Below are positions 43,067-51,637 of a stretch of 64,000 nt of DNA, piece by piece (position 1 is the stretch's first letter; every line of letters starts with the position of its first letter). The position numbers were made by a program, and so were the translations under genes. This DNA comes from Klebsiella phage KpLz-2_45. The notes beneath the pieces were generated by a model that worked only from the letters and a program-made list of their open reading frames with translations, was not told the origin of the DNA and ran no database searches. The stretch lies in sequence record MN871446.1. One strand, given 5' to 3'.

Positions 43067-45352
43067 TTAGGACGCAGGAACAACCTGAGTTTCGTTAACG
43101 TCGAGCGCGGTACGCTGTGCGATCGCTTCTTCCAGGTTGACCACGTTGATGACCAGCATGATCGGCAGGAAGTTGAAATAGCGGTAGCGCGGGGTCAGGC
43201 GGATTTCTTTACCGATACGTTGGTTACGGATCATGTTGAAATCAACCAGGTATTCCGGGATGAAGCCCAGAACGCCGTGCTGCAGCGGATGCGGTTCAGA
43301 CTCGTTCGGCAGGATGAAAGTCATGACGATCTTGTCTTTCATACGCAGATCGGAGATACGCGCGATGGTGTAATCGTAACCGATACCCACGGTGCGGTCG
43401 TCGCCGTTGATCTGGATGTACTGCGGCAGACGCATGTCAGTACCGATCGCTACGTGCGGCTTCGGAGAACGGCCAGAGAAGGCAGCTTCCAGAGCAGCGG
43501 TGTAACCGGTCAGCTGATCTGCGGTGTAAACCATTTCGTTGATCTTGGACACGATCAGGCCCTGAATATCGCTCTGTTTTGCAGCAGAGGTCAGGCTGTT
43601 CAGATCGTTCAGAACATCGATGGTCGCTTCGTTGAAGTACGGACGCACGTAATACTGACCAACACCTTCCAGGCCCAGGTTGGACTCGATCGGGTGCGGA
43701 ACGCCAACGCCCAGATAGGACTTCAGGGTGTCTGCGCGGTTCAGCAGGGTGGTTACGGCGTTGTTACGCATCTGGATACGATACGCGGTGGTCAGAGCTT
43801 CCAGGCGCGGATAGGTTTTGTCGTCTTCAACCATGGCCGGTTTAACGATAACCAGCGGCGGCAGAGTCGGGATCATGAAACCTTGTTTCTGTACGTCGGA
43901 GTCAATCAGCAGACCCATTTCCAGCTGGTTGATGTTGGTCAGACGAGCTTCCAGGCTATAGCCTTCGCCTTTCACTTCCAGACCGGACAGTACCGCAGCA
44001 ACGCGCGAATCGGTCAGCGCGATTTCTTTACCGTCTTTGTCGAATACGCGAGCAACGCGCAGAGAACGCAGAGAGGTGTCGCCATTACCGTTTTCAACGT
44101 TCATTTCGCCGTCGATTTTCACGTCCAGCTCAACGCGATAACCCTGATCGAACAGAGAACCGAAGAGTTGGGATTCAGCGCCGTTCACCAGACGAGTCTG
44201 ATCGCCCAGACCGATAGCGGTGTGGAATTTCAGCTGCATCTGACGGAAGTTGTATTCGCGGGTCGCGGTGTACGCAGCGTACTGGTTCTGGTTAACGTCC
44301 AGCGCCAGCAGTTCAGTGGTGCCGCCTTTGGTGACGGAGACCAGCAGTTGTTTCAGGGCAATACGGCTGTCCAGGGAGTCGGTAAAGGTCATGGAACCTT
44401 TTTTCAGACGGGACGGCGTTTGCGCCAGCATCAGCAGGTTGAAGCCTTCGCCATTTTCGCTGAATTTCAGGAAGTTGGTATCGAAGGTGTCTTTACCCTG
44501 TTTCACGGTCTGCGCAGCCAGAACCGACGGGGCGATGAACTGGTCGTCGTTTTCGCCAGACTGGATAACCGGGATCAGCTCGGTGCTGTTGGTTTCCAGA
44601 GTGGTGTAATCCAGCAGGCCCTGCAGGATGTTACGCTTGATGATTTCTTGTTTCTCGCCGCCCAGACCTTCACCGGTCCAGCCTTCCCACACCATGTTAC
44701 GACGGATAGACAGCTGGAAGCCAGCCTGGTCCGGGGTCACGATATAGGTGCGATAGAACAGTTCAGCGAACTCGTGTTGTTTCGCTACGATCATGTTGAT
44801 CGCGTAGGAGTGTTCGCGCCATTTTTCGGTTTCTTTCTCGTCGAAAGATTCCAGAGACGGCAAGGAACCGGCCGGCAGGGTCGCGATGGAACCGTTAGCA
44901 CCCGCAGAAACGAATTCGTTAACACGAACGTCGTTTTCAAAGGACGGAATGCTGTAACCGTCACGGTAGTAAGCACGCGGTGCGTTGTGAGACATCGCCA
45001 GGACAGCAGCTGCTTCAACTGCAACTTCTTTCTGGTGTTCACGCAGTTCTTCACCGCCGTCAACAAAGCCTTCGCCTTCGCCGTCTACTGCATCAGCAGA
45101 TTCGGTGATGGAGCTGATCTGATCGACCGCGTCGTTCAGGGACTCTTTGACCGCTTCCAGGGTGGATTCTACTTCTTCCGGGTTTACGCCCAGTTCACCG
45201 TAGCTTTCCAGCGCAACAGACATGACACCAGCGGCAGCGCCCTGCGGCAGCAGGGTGTGGTTCTTTTCAACGGACTGGCGAACGCTGTCGACCAGTGATT
45301 TAATAGCACCAGCAGCGCCGGCGCCCAGTAGACCTTTTTTAGGACGTGCCAT
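43067..45352 (-). CDS. probable major capsid protein (jumbo-phage type, 761 aa) or other highly expressed virion protein
   Basis: Markedly different codon usage (CTG, CGT, GGT, GAA, AAC, TTC dominate; high GC3) versus neighbours implies very high expression. Size matches phiKZ-like MCPs. Strong TTGACA..TAAAAT promoter upstream and terminator downstream. The Ala/Gly/Glu-rich N-terminal about 130 aa looks like a propeptide. Confidence 0.5.
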   Translation of the reverse strand: MARPKKGLLGAGAAGAIKSLVDSVRQSVEKNHTLLPQGAAAGVMSVALESYGELGVNPEEVESTLEAVKESLNDAVDQISSITESADAVDGEGEGFVDGGEELREHQKEVAVEAAAVLAMSHNAPRAYYRDGYSIPSFENDVRVNEFVSAGANGSIATLPAGSLPSLESFDEKETEKWREHSYAINMIVAKQHEFAELFYRTYIVTPDQAGFQLSIRRNMVWEGWTGEGLGGEKQEIIKRNILQGLLDYTTLETNSTELIPVIQSGENDDQFIAPSVLAAQTVKQGKDTFDTNFLKFSENGEGFNLLMLAQTPSRLKKGSMTFTDSLDSRIALKQLLVSVTKGGTTELLALDVNQNQYAAYTATREYNFRQMQLKFHTAIGLGDQTRLVNGAESQLFGSLFDQGYRVELDVKIDGEMNVENGNGDTSLRSLRVARVFDKDGKEIALTDSRVAAVLSGLEVKGEGYSLEARLTNINQLEMGLLIDSDVQKQGFMIPTLPPLVIVKPAMVEDDKTYPRLEALTTAYRIQMRNNAVTTLLNRADTLKSYLGVGVPHPIESNLGLEGVGQYYVRPYFNEATIDVLNDLNSLTSAAKQSDIQGLIVSKINEMVYTADQLTGYTAALEAAFSGRSPKPHVAIGTDMRLPQYIQINGDDRTVGIGYDYTIARISDLRMKDKIVMTFILPNESEPHPLQHGVLGFIPEYLVDFNMIRNQRIGKEIRLTPRYRYFNFLPIMLVINVVNLEEAIAQRTALDVNETQVVPAS

Positions 45353-45377
45353 TTTATTACGTTCCTTTAATAACGTT

Positions 45378-45408
45378 ATTTTAGAAACTCTCTCGACAGC
45401 GCTGTCAA
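45378..45408 (-). promoter_or_regulatory. sigma70-like promoter TTGACA-N19-TAAAAT upstream of the capsid gene, overlapped by 12-bp perfect palindrome GACAGCGCTGTC
   Basis: Minus-strand reading is TTGACAGCGCTGTCGAGAGAGTTTCTAAAAT, 40 nt upstream of the ATG. The palindrome begins within the -35 hexamer. Confidence 0.45.
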
Positions 45409-45466
45409 GAAATTGTCATATGATTCAATAAACACGAATGCAGTAATGTTTCATAATATACTACAA

Positions 45467-46027
45467 TTAGCCGGATACCGCTACACGAAGGTAACGTTTA
45501 AAGAATTCGTATTGTTTGAATTCCCCGTACTCCAATTTACCACCGACGGTTTCCAATAAAGCATTGAAGAAAGCACGCTCATCCTGAAAAACCGGGACAC
45601 GGCTCCCTATAAGAACTAATGTATCGGAATCCACCAGTAACGGCAGGTAATACTCTTTCGCCATCAAACCCGTTGCCTGGAATGAGAGCGGCGATTCGTT
45701 CTTTTCGGCTAGAGCGTCTGACACATTAACAGAGATACGCACGTTCTCAACCTTTTTACTGCGATCGGCGAGGAACAGCGCGTTGGCATCGGTCGAAGCA
45801 ATAGAAGGAATATCTTCGAAAGCGCGATCCGTGAAGGCATTCACGAAATTCTGCGTCAGCGCATAAATAATGACTTGCTCCTCTGATAATATAGAAGACT
45901 TCGTCTCCAACAATTTAGAAAAGCAAAGAAGATCTTGATAGCTGAGGTCCGGGGATGCGGTGACTACCTCATCCAACCAACTCGGAACCACCGCGACACG
46001 AAGACGTTTTATTGGTGTGATCTTCAT
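45467..46027 (-). CDS. hypothetical protein, 186 aa
   Basis: ORF only. Confidence 0.5.
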   Translation of the reverse strand: MKITPIKRLRVAVVPSWLDEVVTASPDLSYQDLLCFSKLLETKSSILSEEQVIIYALTQNFVNAFTDRAFEDIPSIASTDANALFLADRSKKVENVRISVNVSDALAEKNESPLSFQATGLMAKEYYLPLLVDSDTLVLIGSRVPVFQDERAFFNALLETVGGKLEYGEFKQYEFFKRYLRVAVSG

Positions 46028-46084
46028 AACGGCCCCTGTGGGTGAAAAATATTTTTTAACATAAAATTTGAGTGAGATGGAACC

Positions 46085-47644
46085 ATGAATTATAAAATGA
46101 CGATTGTGAACGCCTTGGCGCTGTTGTTCTGGGAAAACCAGATTAGTTCAGGAAGCGATAGTAAGGCACTCGTCAAGAATATCATGCAGTATGCTAACCC
46201 CGGTAAAAACTCCACCGACAGTGACAGAGTAAAAGAAATTTACGAAGGGTTACAAGTTCTCATTCTTAAGATGACGTCACGTCAGGATCTTTGTAAGAAT
46301 AGAGAACTCATTGTACAGAACGTCAGAATGATTGCAGCGGATGAACCTTACGTTGTCGACATTGTTGAAGGGGCACTCGATTTACACTTAGACGAAGCCG
46401 CCATCAAAAACCATTGTCGTCTCCTGATTCAGGAGTTAAACGACGTCATACGTAAAGCAGAGTTTCGCAAACGCTTCCAAGAATTCAGTAAAGATGTGCT
46501 TTACGGTGACGGGGAATTTCAGCTGAACGAAGTCGCCAGAAGCATGATCACGCATTTTGAAGGTTATGCGCACGATAAAAGTGATAAGCCTGAACATACA
46601 CCAGGCGTTATGGATTTCGTTGACTTCAACGATGAAGAATCCCTGAAAGCAATCTTCACCCGAGCCCGTGACCAGATCTCTCCGGACGAGATTATCAAGT
46701 TTGGTCTCCAGGGGCTCAACCGGATGTTTGGTGAGCAAATGGGTGGTCGTCGCGGTGAGATGGTTTTAGTCGGGGGTTTACAACACCATTTCAAATCGGG
46801 TCTGACAATGATGATGACTCGGGGCGCAGCACTTTATAATATCCCTAAATTAAAAGACCCGACGAAGAAACCGGCAATCGTACTGATATCGTCTGAGAAC
46901 GACCTGCCGATCAACATGCAAACCATGTATAAGCAATGTGTTGAACCGACGTTAGGACGTCAGATTAAGAAGAACGAAATTGATCCTAATATTGCAGCAC
47001 AGTTCATGAAAGAGAAGTTTGCCGAGAATGGTTGGCATTTCTTGATGTTCCGCATTAACCCGGATGAATTCACTTTCTCTTCACTGCAATCGTTGACGTT
47101 AGGTCTCGAAGCAGACGGTTACGAAATTGTCGTCATGACGTTCGACTATTTGGCGATGATGTCCAGTAAAGGTTTTGATAACGGTGGAATCACTGGACGT
47201 GAGAAACAAGCCATGTTTAAACGCACCCGTAACTTTATGGTCATGCGTCATGTTCTGTTTATCACGCCTCACCAGTTGTCAACCGAAGCCTTGAGCATCG
47301 AACGTGATCGCCCTGGGCAGTTCCTTAATGAGATACTTAACCGAGCTTACTATAACGAATGTAAAACCATCGCTCAGGAAGTAGACTTTGAAGTCAATAT
47401 CCAAAAACAAATTGTCGATGGCGTCGCGTATTTAAACTTGGGGCGCGGTAAACACCGTGGGGTAGATAACACACCAATTCAGGATCAACGTTGTACCTAC
47501 CGCTTTACGGACATTGGGATTCCTGATGACATTTACACCGAAGACCAATCGATGAAAAAACCAGGTGCCCAGACCGCAGGACAGGGTGGGGGTGCAGCTT
47601 GGTTCCAAACTAACGACCAACTCAACGATTTCGTACTCAACTAA
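46085..47644 (+). CDS. DnaB-family (RecA-fold) replicative helicase-like protein with a degenerate Walker A
   Basis: The C-terminal half is colinear with DnaB helicase motifs: GEMVLVGGLQHHFKSG (H1 position), KPAIVLISSEND (H1a), IVVMTFDYLAMM (H2/Walker B), FITPHQLSTEALSIER (H3), KTIAQEVDFEVNI (H4). The N-terminal GLNRMFG aligns to the DnaB linker. The P-loop glycine before Lys is replaced (HHFKS). Confidence 0.5.
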   Translation: MNYKMTIVNALALLFWENQISSGSDSKALVKNIMQYANPGKNSTDSDRVKEIYEGLQVLILKMTSRQDLCKNRELIVQNVRMIAADEPYVVDIVEGALDLHLDEAAIKNHCRLLIQELNDVIRKAEFRKRFQEFSKDVLYGDGEFQLNEVARSMITHFEGYAHDKSDKPEHTPGVMDFVDFNDEESLKAIFTRARDQISPDEIIKFGLQGLNRMFGEQMGGRRGEMVLVGGLQHHFKSGLTMMMTRGAALYNIPKLKDPTKKPAIVLISSENDLPINMQTMYKQCVEPTLGRQIKKNEIDPNIAAQFMKEKFAENGWHFLMFRINPDEFTFSSLQSLTLGLEADGYEIVVMTFDYLAMMSSKGFDNGGITGREKQAMFKRTRNFMVMRHVLFITPHQLSTEALSIERDRPGQFLNEILNRAYYNECKTIAQEVDFEVNIQKQIVDGVAYLNLGRGKHRGVDNTPIQDQRCTYRFTDIGIPDDIYTEDQSMKKPGAQTAGQGGGAAWFQTNDQLNDFVLN

Positions 47645-47684
47645 TTCATTCATAACCTTTTCACTCAATAACGGCATAGTGCCG

Positions 47685-47716
47685 CTCCCATGGATAGCGA
47701 AAGCTATCCATGGGAG
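47685..47716 (+). terminator. hairpin CTCCCATGGATAGC-gaaa-GCTATCCATGGGAG + GCTTTTTAG
   Basis: 14-bp perfect stem with a GAAA loop and T5 after it. Downstream of the + gene. Confidence 0.7.
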
Positions 47717-47726
47717 GCTTTTTAGT

Positions 47727-48089
47727 TTATACGCTTTTTAGCGGATTCAGTTTGTCTACTTCGGGGTTACACGGGTACTGCTGTTTGAGCTTGCGGTAAA
47801 GACACCCTTTATACCGTGTCAGGTTATCCTCCACCAACTTCAGTAATTCATCGCCGGTATAGTCCGCACCTTCGTCTCCCGTAAAGAAACCGACGTAGAT
47901 CAGATGGAGACAGATAGCGGCGGTACTGTCCTGCTGTTGATGTTTGTATTTGAGCAGTTCTAACATTTCACTGGCCGACTTGATCACGAAATGATCTATT
48001 TTATCGATGAGTCGGTAGACGTGTTCTATCTGTTCTGTTGTTGTCATACGTTCCATACGACGTTCGCCAAGATTAATCAAGTCAGCCAT
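47727..48089 (-). CDS. hypothetical protein, 120 aa
   Basis: ORF with GAAGGA RBS. Confidence 0.5.
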   Translation of the reverse strand: MADLINLGERRMERMTTTEQIEHVYRLIDKIDHFVIKSASEMLELLKYKHQQQDSTAAICLHLIYVGFFTGDEGADYTGDELLKLVEDNLTRYKGCLYRKLKQQYPCNPEVDKLNPLKSV

Positions 48090-48095
48090 AGATTA

Positions 48096-48266
48096 TCCTT
48101 CAGTTAGTTCTGCATACCGTTGTGCGATTTGATTGTCAGACATATTGGCCAGTTGAGCTTCGGTATAACCGAAACGATACTGTAACACGGTTTCCTGGTA
48201 GGCACGTGGAGAGAGTTCAACCTCACCGCCCGCGTCGATATGGTAAGATACCTTATTATCGCTCAT
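48096..48266 (-). CDS. small unlisted ORF, 57 aa (MSDNKVSYHIDAGGEVELSPRAYQETVLQYRFGYTEAQLANMSDNQIAQRYAELTEG)
   Basis: Hand-translated. GAGGA RBS 9 nt upstream. The stop overlaps the RBS of the downstream gene. Below the 60-aa cutoff of the ORF track. Confidence 0.35.
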
Positions 48267-48298
48267 TCTCGTGATTCCTCATTAAGAAATAAAAAGTC

Positions 48299-48324
48299 CA
48301 CTGGTGAGGAAACCCTCACCAGTG
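48299..48324 (-). terminator. hairpin CACTGGTGAGG-aaac-CCTCACCAGTG with a T-run on the minus strand
   Basis: 11-bp stem immediately downstream of the gene ending at 48348. Confidence 0.6.
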
Positions 48325-48347
48325 TAACCAAATGGTTTCTAATCTCA

Positions 48348-49175
48348 TCAGAAGTCGAAACGTAGGATATACGACAGAACAGGATTGCAGTAAACTGCCG
48401 CATCGGTCAATACCGCTAAACGCCGTGACCAGAATTGCTTTGTCAATTTCGTTTTATCGGTTAAGGCTTTCGCCATTACCCCATAAAGCGAATAAGCGAT
48501 GCCTCTGGCCTGCGACTGCATTTCAAATGCAGCACGTTCTTTACCGAAACTATAACCTTGTCCTGGGAAGTAAAGACTGAAGCTTTCTTCCTGATACGGG
48601 AAACGATTGACGGCAAAAGCCGACCAATCATCGATCTTCGTTAACCACGTTTCAATTTCATAATAATCCTTCCCGCGTAAAAAGAAATCCGGGGATTCAT
48701 TATTCACTAACGCAGCACGTTCCGCGTAAGTGGGTGGATCGTTACCGAACAGCACTTTGACACAGATATCTTCCGGATGAACTTTGTCTACCCAGACCAA
48801 CTCCGTATTCCACGCATAGAGCCATGAAAAGAGTTTTTGAATATGGGTACGAATGAGTTCATCGCTTTGATCGGTATCAAAACTGACGGTCTCCAAAAAG
48901 TTAACAATTTCTTGCGTGGCTTCGATAGCCATAGGGTAACGATCAAGTAAAGGTTCGTAGACCCCGTCCTTTGGAAACGTCGGCATGATATAGCCATCGA
49001 CTAATGAAATCGCGTAATTGATCGTGTTGTGTCCCCACGGGTCGCTGAAACACGGATTCAGTACTTCGTCGATAGTGAGAAGCTGGCGTTGATTGTACGT
49101 CTTGGTTCGGGCCAAGGAGTCAGTAATCCATTCCTTGACCTTCGGTACCCATTTCTGGTTCTCGGGATAAAGCAT
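48348..49175 (-). CDS. hypothetical protein, 275 aa
   Basis: AGGAG RBS. The start overlaps the upstream GNAT gene by 56 nt. Confidence 0.55.
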   Translation of the reverse strand: MLYPENQKWVPKVKEWITDSLARTKTYNQRQLLTIDEVLNPCFSDPWGHNTINYAISLVDGYIMPTFPKDGVYEPLLDRYPMAIEATQEIVNFLETVSFDTDQSDELIRTHIQKLFSWLYAWNTELVWVDKVHPEDICVKVLFGNDPPTYAERAALVNNESPDFFLRGKDYYEIETWLTKIDDWSAFAVNRFPYQEESFSLYFPGQGYSFGKERAAFEMQSQARGIAYSLYGVMAKALTDKTKLTKQFWSRRLAVLTDAAVYCNPVLSYILRFDF

Positions 49176-49755
49176 AAAGACTCCTGTCTGACGACAAAGG
49201 CGGGAAAATGATTAAGTGCGTAAAACGAGAAAGATGATCAAAGTCAACGAAGCCACCTTGGGCGAGATAGAACCCTAAAGCAACCTTGTCTTTGCGCACA
49301 ACGATTAACTTGATTGCGTGATTCTTTTTCGCCGCTCGAATCGATTGGAGTAATTTAGTTCCTAATCCTTGTCCTCGATATTTTTGACCGATGATCAATG
49401 TGTCGATGACGGGGTGTTGATCAATCAAACTGACTGCATACCCGACGACTCTTCCGCCATCGCGCAGCAGCCATAATTCAACTGATTTCTGATGGACGTC
49501 CATCACCTCAAGTACGGCTTCAGTAAACGTCTGGATTTGTAACCGATGACAATTGACTTTATTAAGATGCTGTTGTAGTTCCGACGTGAGTTTATTCAGC
49601 TGGGCGAGTTCACTCCCGTTTAAATTAAATTCTTCGTCTGGATTTAATACCCTGTGCTCTACCTGTAGTTCGGTTAAGGTTTCGCCAGGAAAAAGGTGAG
49701 TAAAGCGGCTGATACTTGTAATTTTTGCATCAGCCCTGGAGTTTCCGTGTTCCAC
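49120..49755 (-). CDS. GNAT-family N-acetyltransferase, up to 211 aa; true start uncertain
   Basis: Acetyl-CoA binding motif IIGQKYRGQGLGTKLLQ (Q/R-x-x-G-x-G/A) followed by KLIVVRKDKVALGFYLAQGF. The first ATG overlaps the upstream gene by 82 nt and no alternative start codon was found. Confidence 0.6.
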   Translation of the reverse strand: MEHGNSRADAKITSISRFTHLFPGETLTELQVEHRVLNPDEEFNLNGSELAQLNKLTSELQQHLNKVNCHRLQIQTFTEAVLEVMDVHQKSVELWLLRDGGRVVGYAVSLIDQHPVIDTLIIGQKYRGQGLGTKLLQSIRAAKKNHAIKLIVVRKDKVALGFYLAQGGFVDFDHLSRFTHLIIFPPLSSDRSLYALSREPEMGTEGQGMDY

Positions 49756-51017
49756 TGTTCTTCTGCCCGTATAAGTGTACCTTCAAGGATCGTTGTCACT
49801 GACCCATTGTCGTAGTAAACGCGAACTGGCATTCCGGGGGTAAGTAACCGGATGTCAGACCGCTCCCATTTCACTGCCATGATCAGCCCGTCGTACGCAG
49901 CGATACGCGATTGTTCTCTCGCTAGGTTATCCGTAATAGGATTATCTGAAACATGGGCAATTGTTAACCCGTCGCTACGGGGCTTGCGCATGATATCGAC
50001 AGAGACCGCTTCACGGTTGTAAACCGCGCGGTTATCGCCATCAACCACCACCGGACTCTCAAAGAAATTACTGGCTTTCTGGAAGTGAACACCGTTACCA
50101 GACGACACGTTACCGGAGACAGAGATATCTTGTGTCTTTGCGCCACCGGTGGCGATGACCTTTAACGTTGACCCTTCCCACTTATACGTGCAATCTGCCG
50201 TGGGGAGTTTTAGCGAATCCGCCACAAAGACCGAGAGGCGTTTTTCGGTTTTAGTAAACCGTTGCGTGTTGTACAACGGGAAAATAAACCACCGCTGATT
50301 CTCAATAAACGAACCGATACCGTGGTTATACAACCCGCCCTCTTTCACCTGAAGATAATGCGGTAAACTCGTCATCTTCACTTGATGGTCAACGATGATC
50401 TGTTCACGGATCGCGCTTTCTCCGGTGACATCAGCATCAACCATCTCCAGCCCTAAGAGCGGCGGAAGACCCGCTTGCTTGTCCTCGTTCGTTTTCGCAA
50501 TGATATACGCCCGTAGGACGTCACTGGCGGTACTGAAGCGGAATACACCCTGTGCCGATTTAGCCGACATGCTCAATGCGATCGGGTCGACTAACTGTAC
50601 GTGAAAGATTCGGAGATCATCAGAACCGTCTGTGTAAGGCGTCGATTGTAATCCGGGTGTCCCGCCTAATGAGGCGATTTCGTTATTCGAAAAGAATGCC
50701 CGGTATGTCGTCTGAATGGTAAGGCCATTACTGAACTTCACTTCGGACACCGCATCCACCTGTTCCTGGAACAGTGTCAGGTAGAGATTGTCTCTGACTG
50801 CAAAGAGCTGATTAAAGTCTTTTGTAATCATGGCAATCTCAAGGGTGATATTCGAACAAAAACGCTCACCGTACTCCGATCGGATTCGTTTCCCGATAAC
50901 AGCCTTTACGGGATACTGAACGCCTTGCACCGTAAAGATTGCCCGGAGTTGGTAACGAGGGTTGGCGCCACTCGCCGCCAATGTCATGATTTGCTGGCGA
51001 AGTAATTGAGTATTCAT
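49674..51017 (-). CDS. hypothetical virion protein, 447 aa
   Basis: ORF with ATGA overlap to the downstream gene. Confidence 0.6.
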   Translation of the reverse strand: MNTQLLRQQIMTLAASGANPRYQLRAIFTVQGVQYPVKAVIGKRIRSEYGERFCSNITLEIAMITKDFNQLFAVRDNLYLTLFQEQVDAVSEVKFSNGLTIQTTYRAFFSNNEIASLGGTPGLQSTPYTDGSDDLRIFHVQLVDPIALSMSAKSAQGVFRFSTASDVLRAYIIAKTNEDKQAGLPPLLGLEMVDADVTGESAIREQIIVDHQVKMTSLPHYLQVKEGGLYNHGIGSFIENQRWFIFPLYNTQRFTKTEKRLSVFVADSLKLPTADCTYKWEGSTLKVIATGGAKTQDISVSGNVSSGNGVHFQKASNFFESPVVVDGDNRAVYNREAVSVDIMRKPRSDGLTIAHVSDNPITDNLAREQSRIAAYDGLIMAVKWERSDIRLLTPGMPVRVYYDNGSVTTILEGTLIRAEEQWNTETPGLMQKLQVSAALLTFFLAKP

Positions 51018-51637
51018 GAACGGTACCTCTTACGTTTCTTGAGGACGTCGTAATCAATACGTTCTTCGATAGGGATATAATCCGCCGCACTGCGTTTAGA
51101 GACCACCGCTTTTTGACCGAAAGGATCGAGGCCGATCGCGGGTGCAGCACTCTTGATAACCTTAGCCAATCCAGTGACGTTATCGTCTTTGCCGTGTTGA
51201 CGGACTTTGTTGTAAATCTGGCGAGCGAATTCGTCCATCTTACGAAGATCTTCTAAACGCTGCTGTGTGACACTTGGGTCTTCTCTGCGAAGGCCGTACT
51301 GCTGCGATTGGTGCCAACGCGTACAGTCTGCTAAATGTTCCTGTATGATTTTGTTGATCTTCTCGGCATCAACCATACCGTTGACCAGCTCCATCGCCAC
51401 GCCGTCATGCCATAACTCCACCATCTCCGCAATCGTTCGCCAGACCACGGTAGGACGTTTTGCTGCCTGTGCATCAATATCCGCATAACCGGTTGTAAAC
51501 ATCCCGCGAGAATGAACATCGTTTTCGTCCATGGCATCCACAACGGACATCCTCACGCTAAACATTTTGTCAAAGATAATCTGACCTGCAGTTTTTGGTT
51601 TGGTGCGTGCGGTTTCAATGACCACGGTTGTCGTCAT
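51014..51637 (-). CDS. hypothetical protein, about 208 aa (ORF track gives 51014..51715)
   Basis: The internal ATG at 51637 has an AAGAGGG RBS and a TAATG overlap with the upstream stop. Confidence 0.5.
   Translation of the reverse strand: MTTTVVIETARTKPKTAGQIIFDKMFSVRMSVVDAMDENDVHSRGMFTTGYADIDAQAAKRPTVVWRTIAEMVELWHDGVAMELVNGMVDAEKINKIIQEHLADCTRWHQSQQYGLRREDPSVTQQRLEDLRKMDEFARQIYNKVRQHGKDDNVTGLAKVIKSAAPAIGLDPFGQKAVVSKRSAADYIPIEERIDYDVLKKRKRYRS

Noticed and set aside
43220-45298. 692-aa plus-strand ORF antisense to the capsid gene
   Set aside because: Shadow ORF created by the strongly codon-biased (RNY-rich, high-GC) capsid gene on the other strand. Its translation is low-complexity (R/V/G/Q/F-rich) and it has no RBS.
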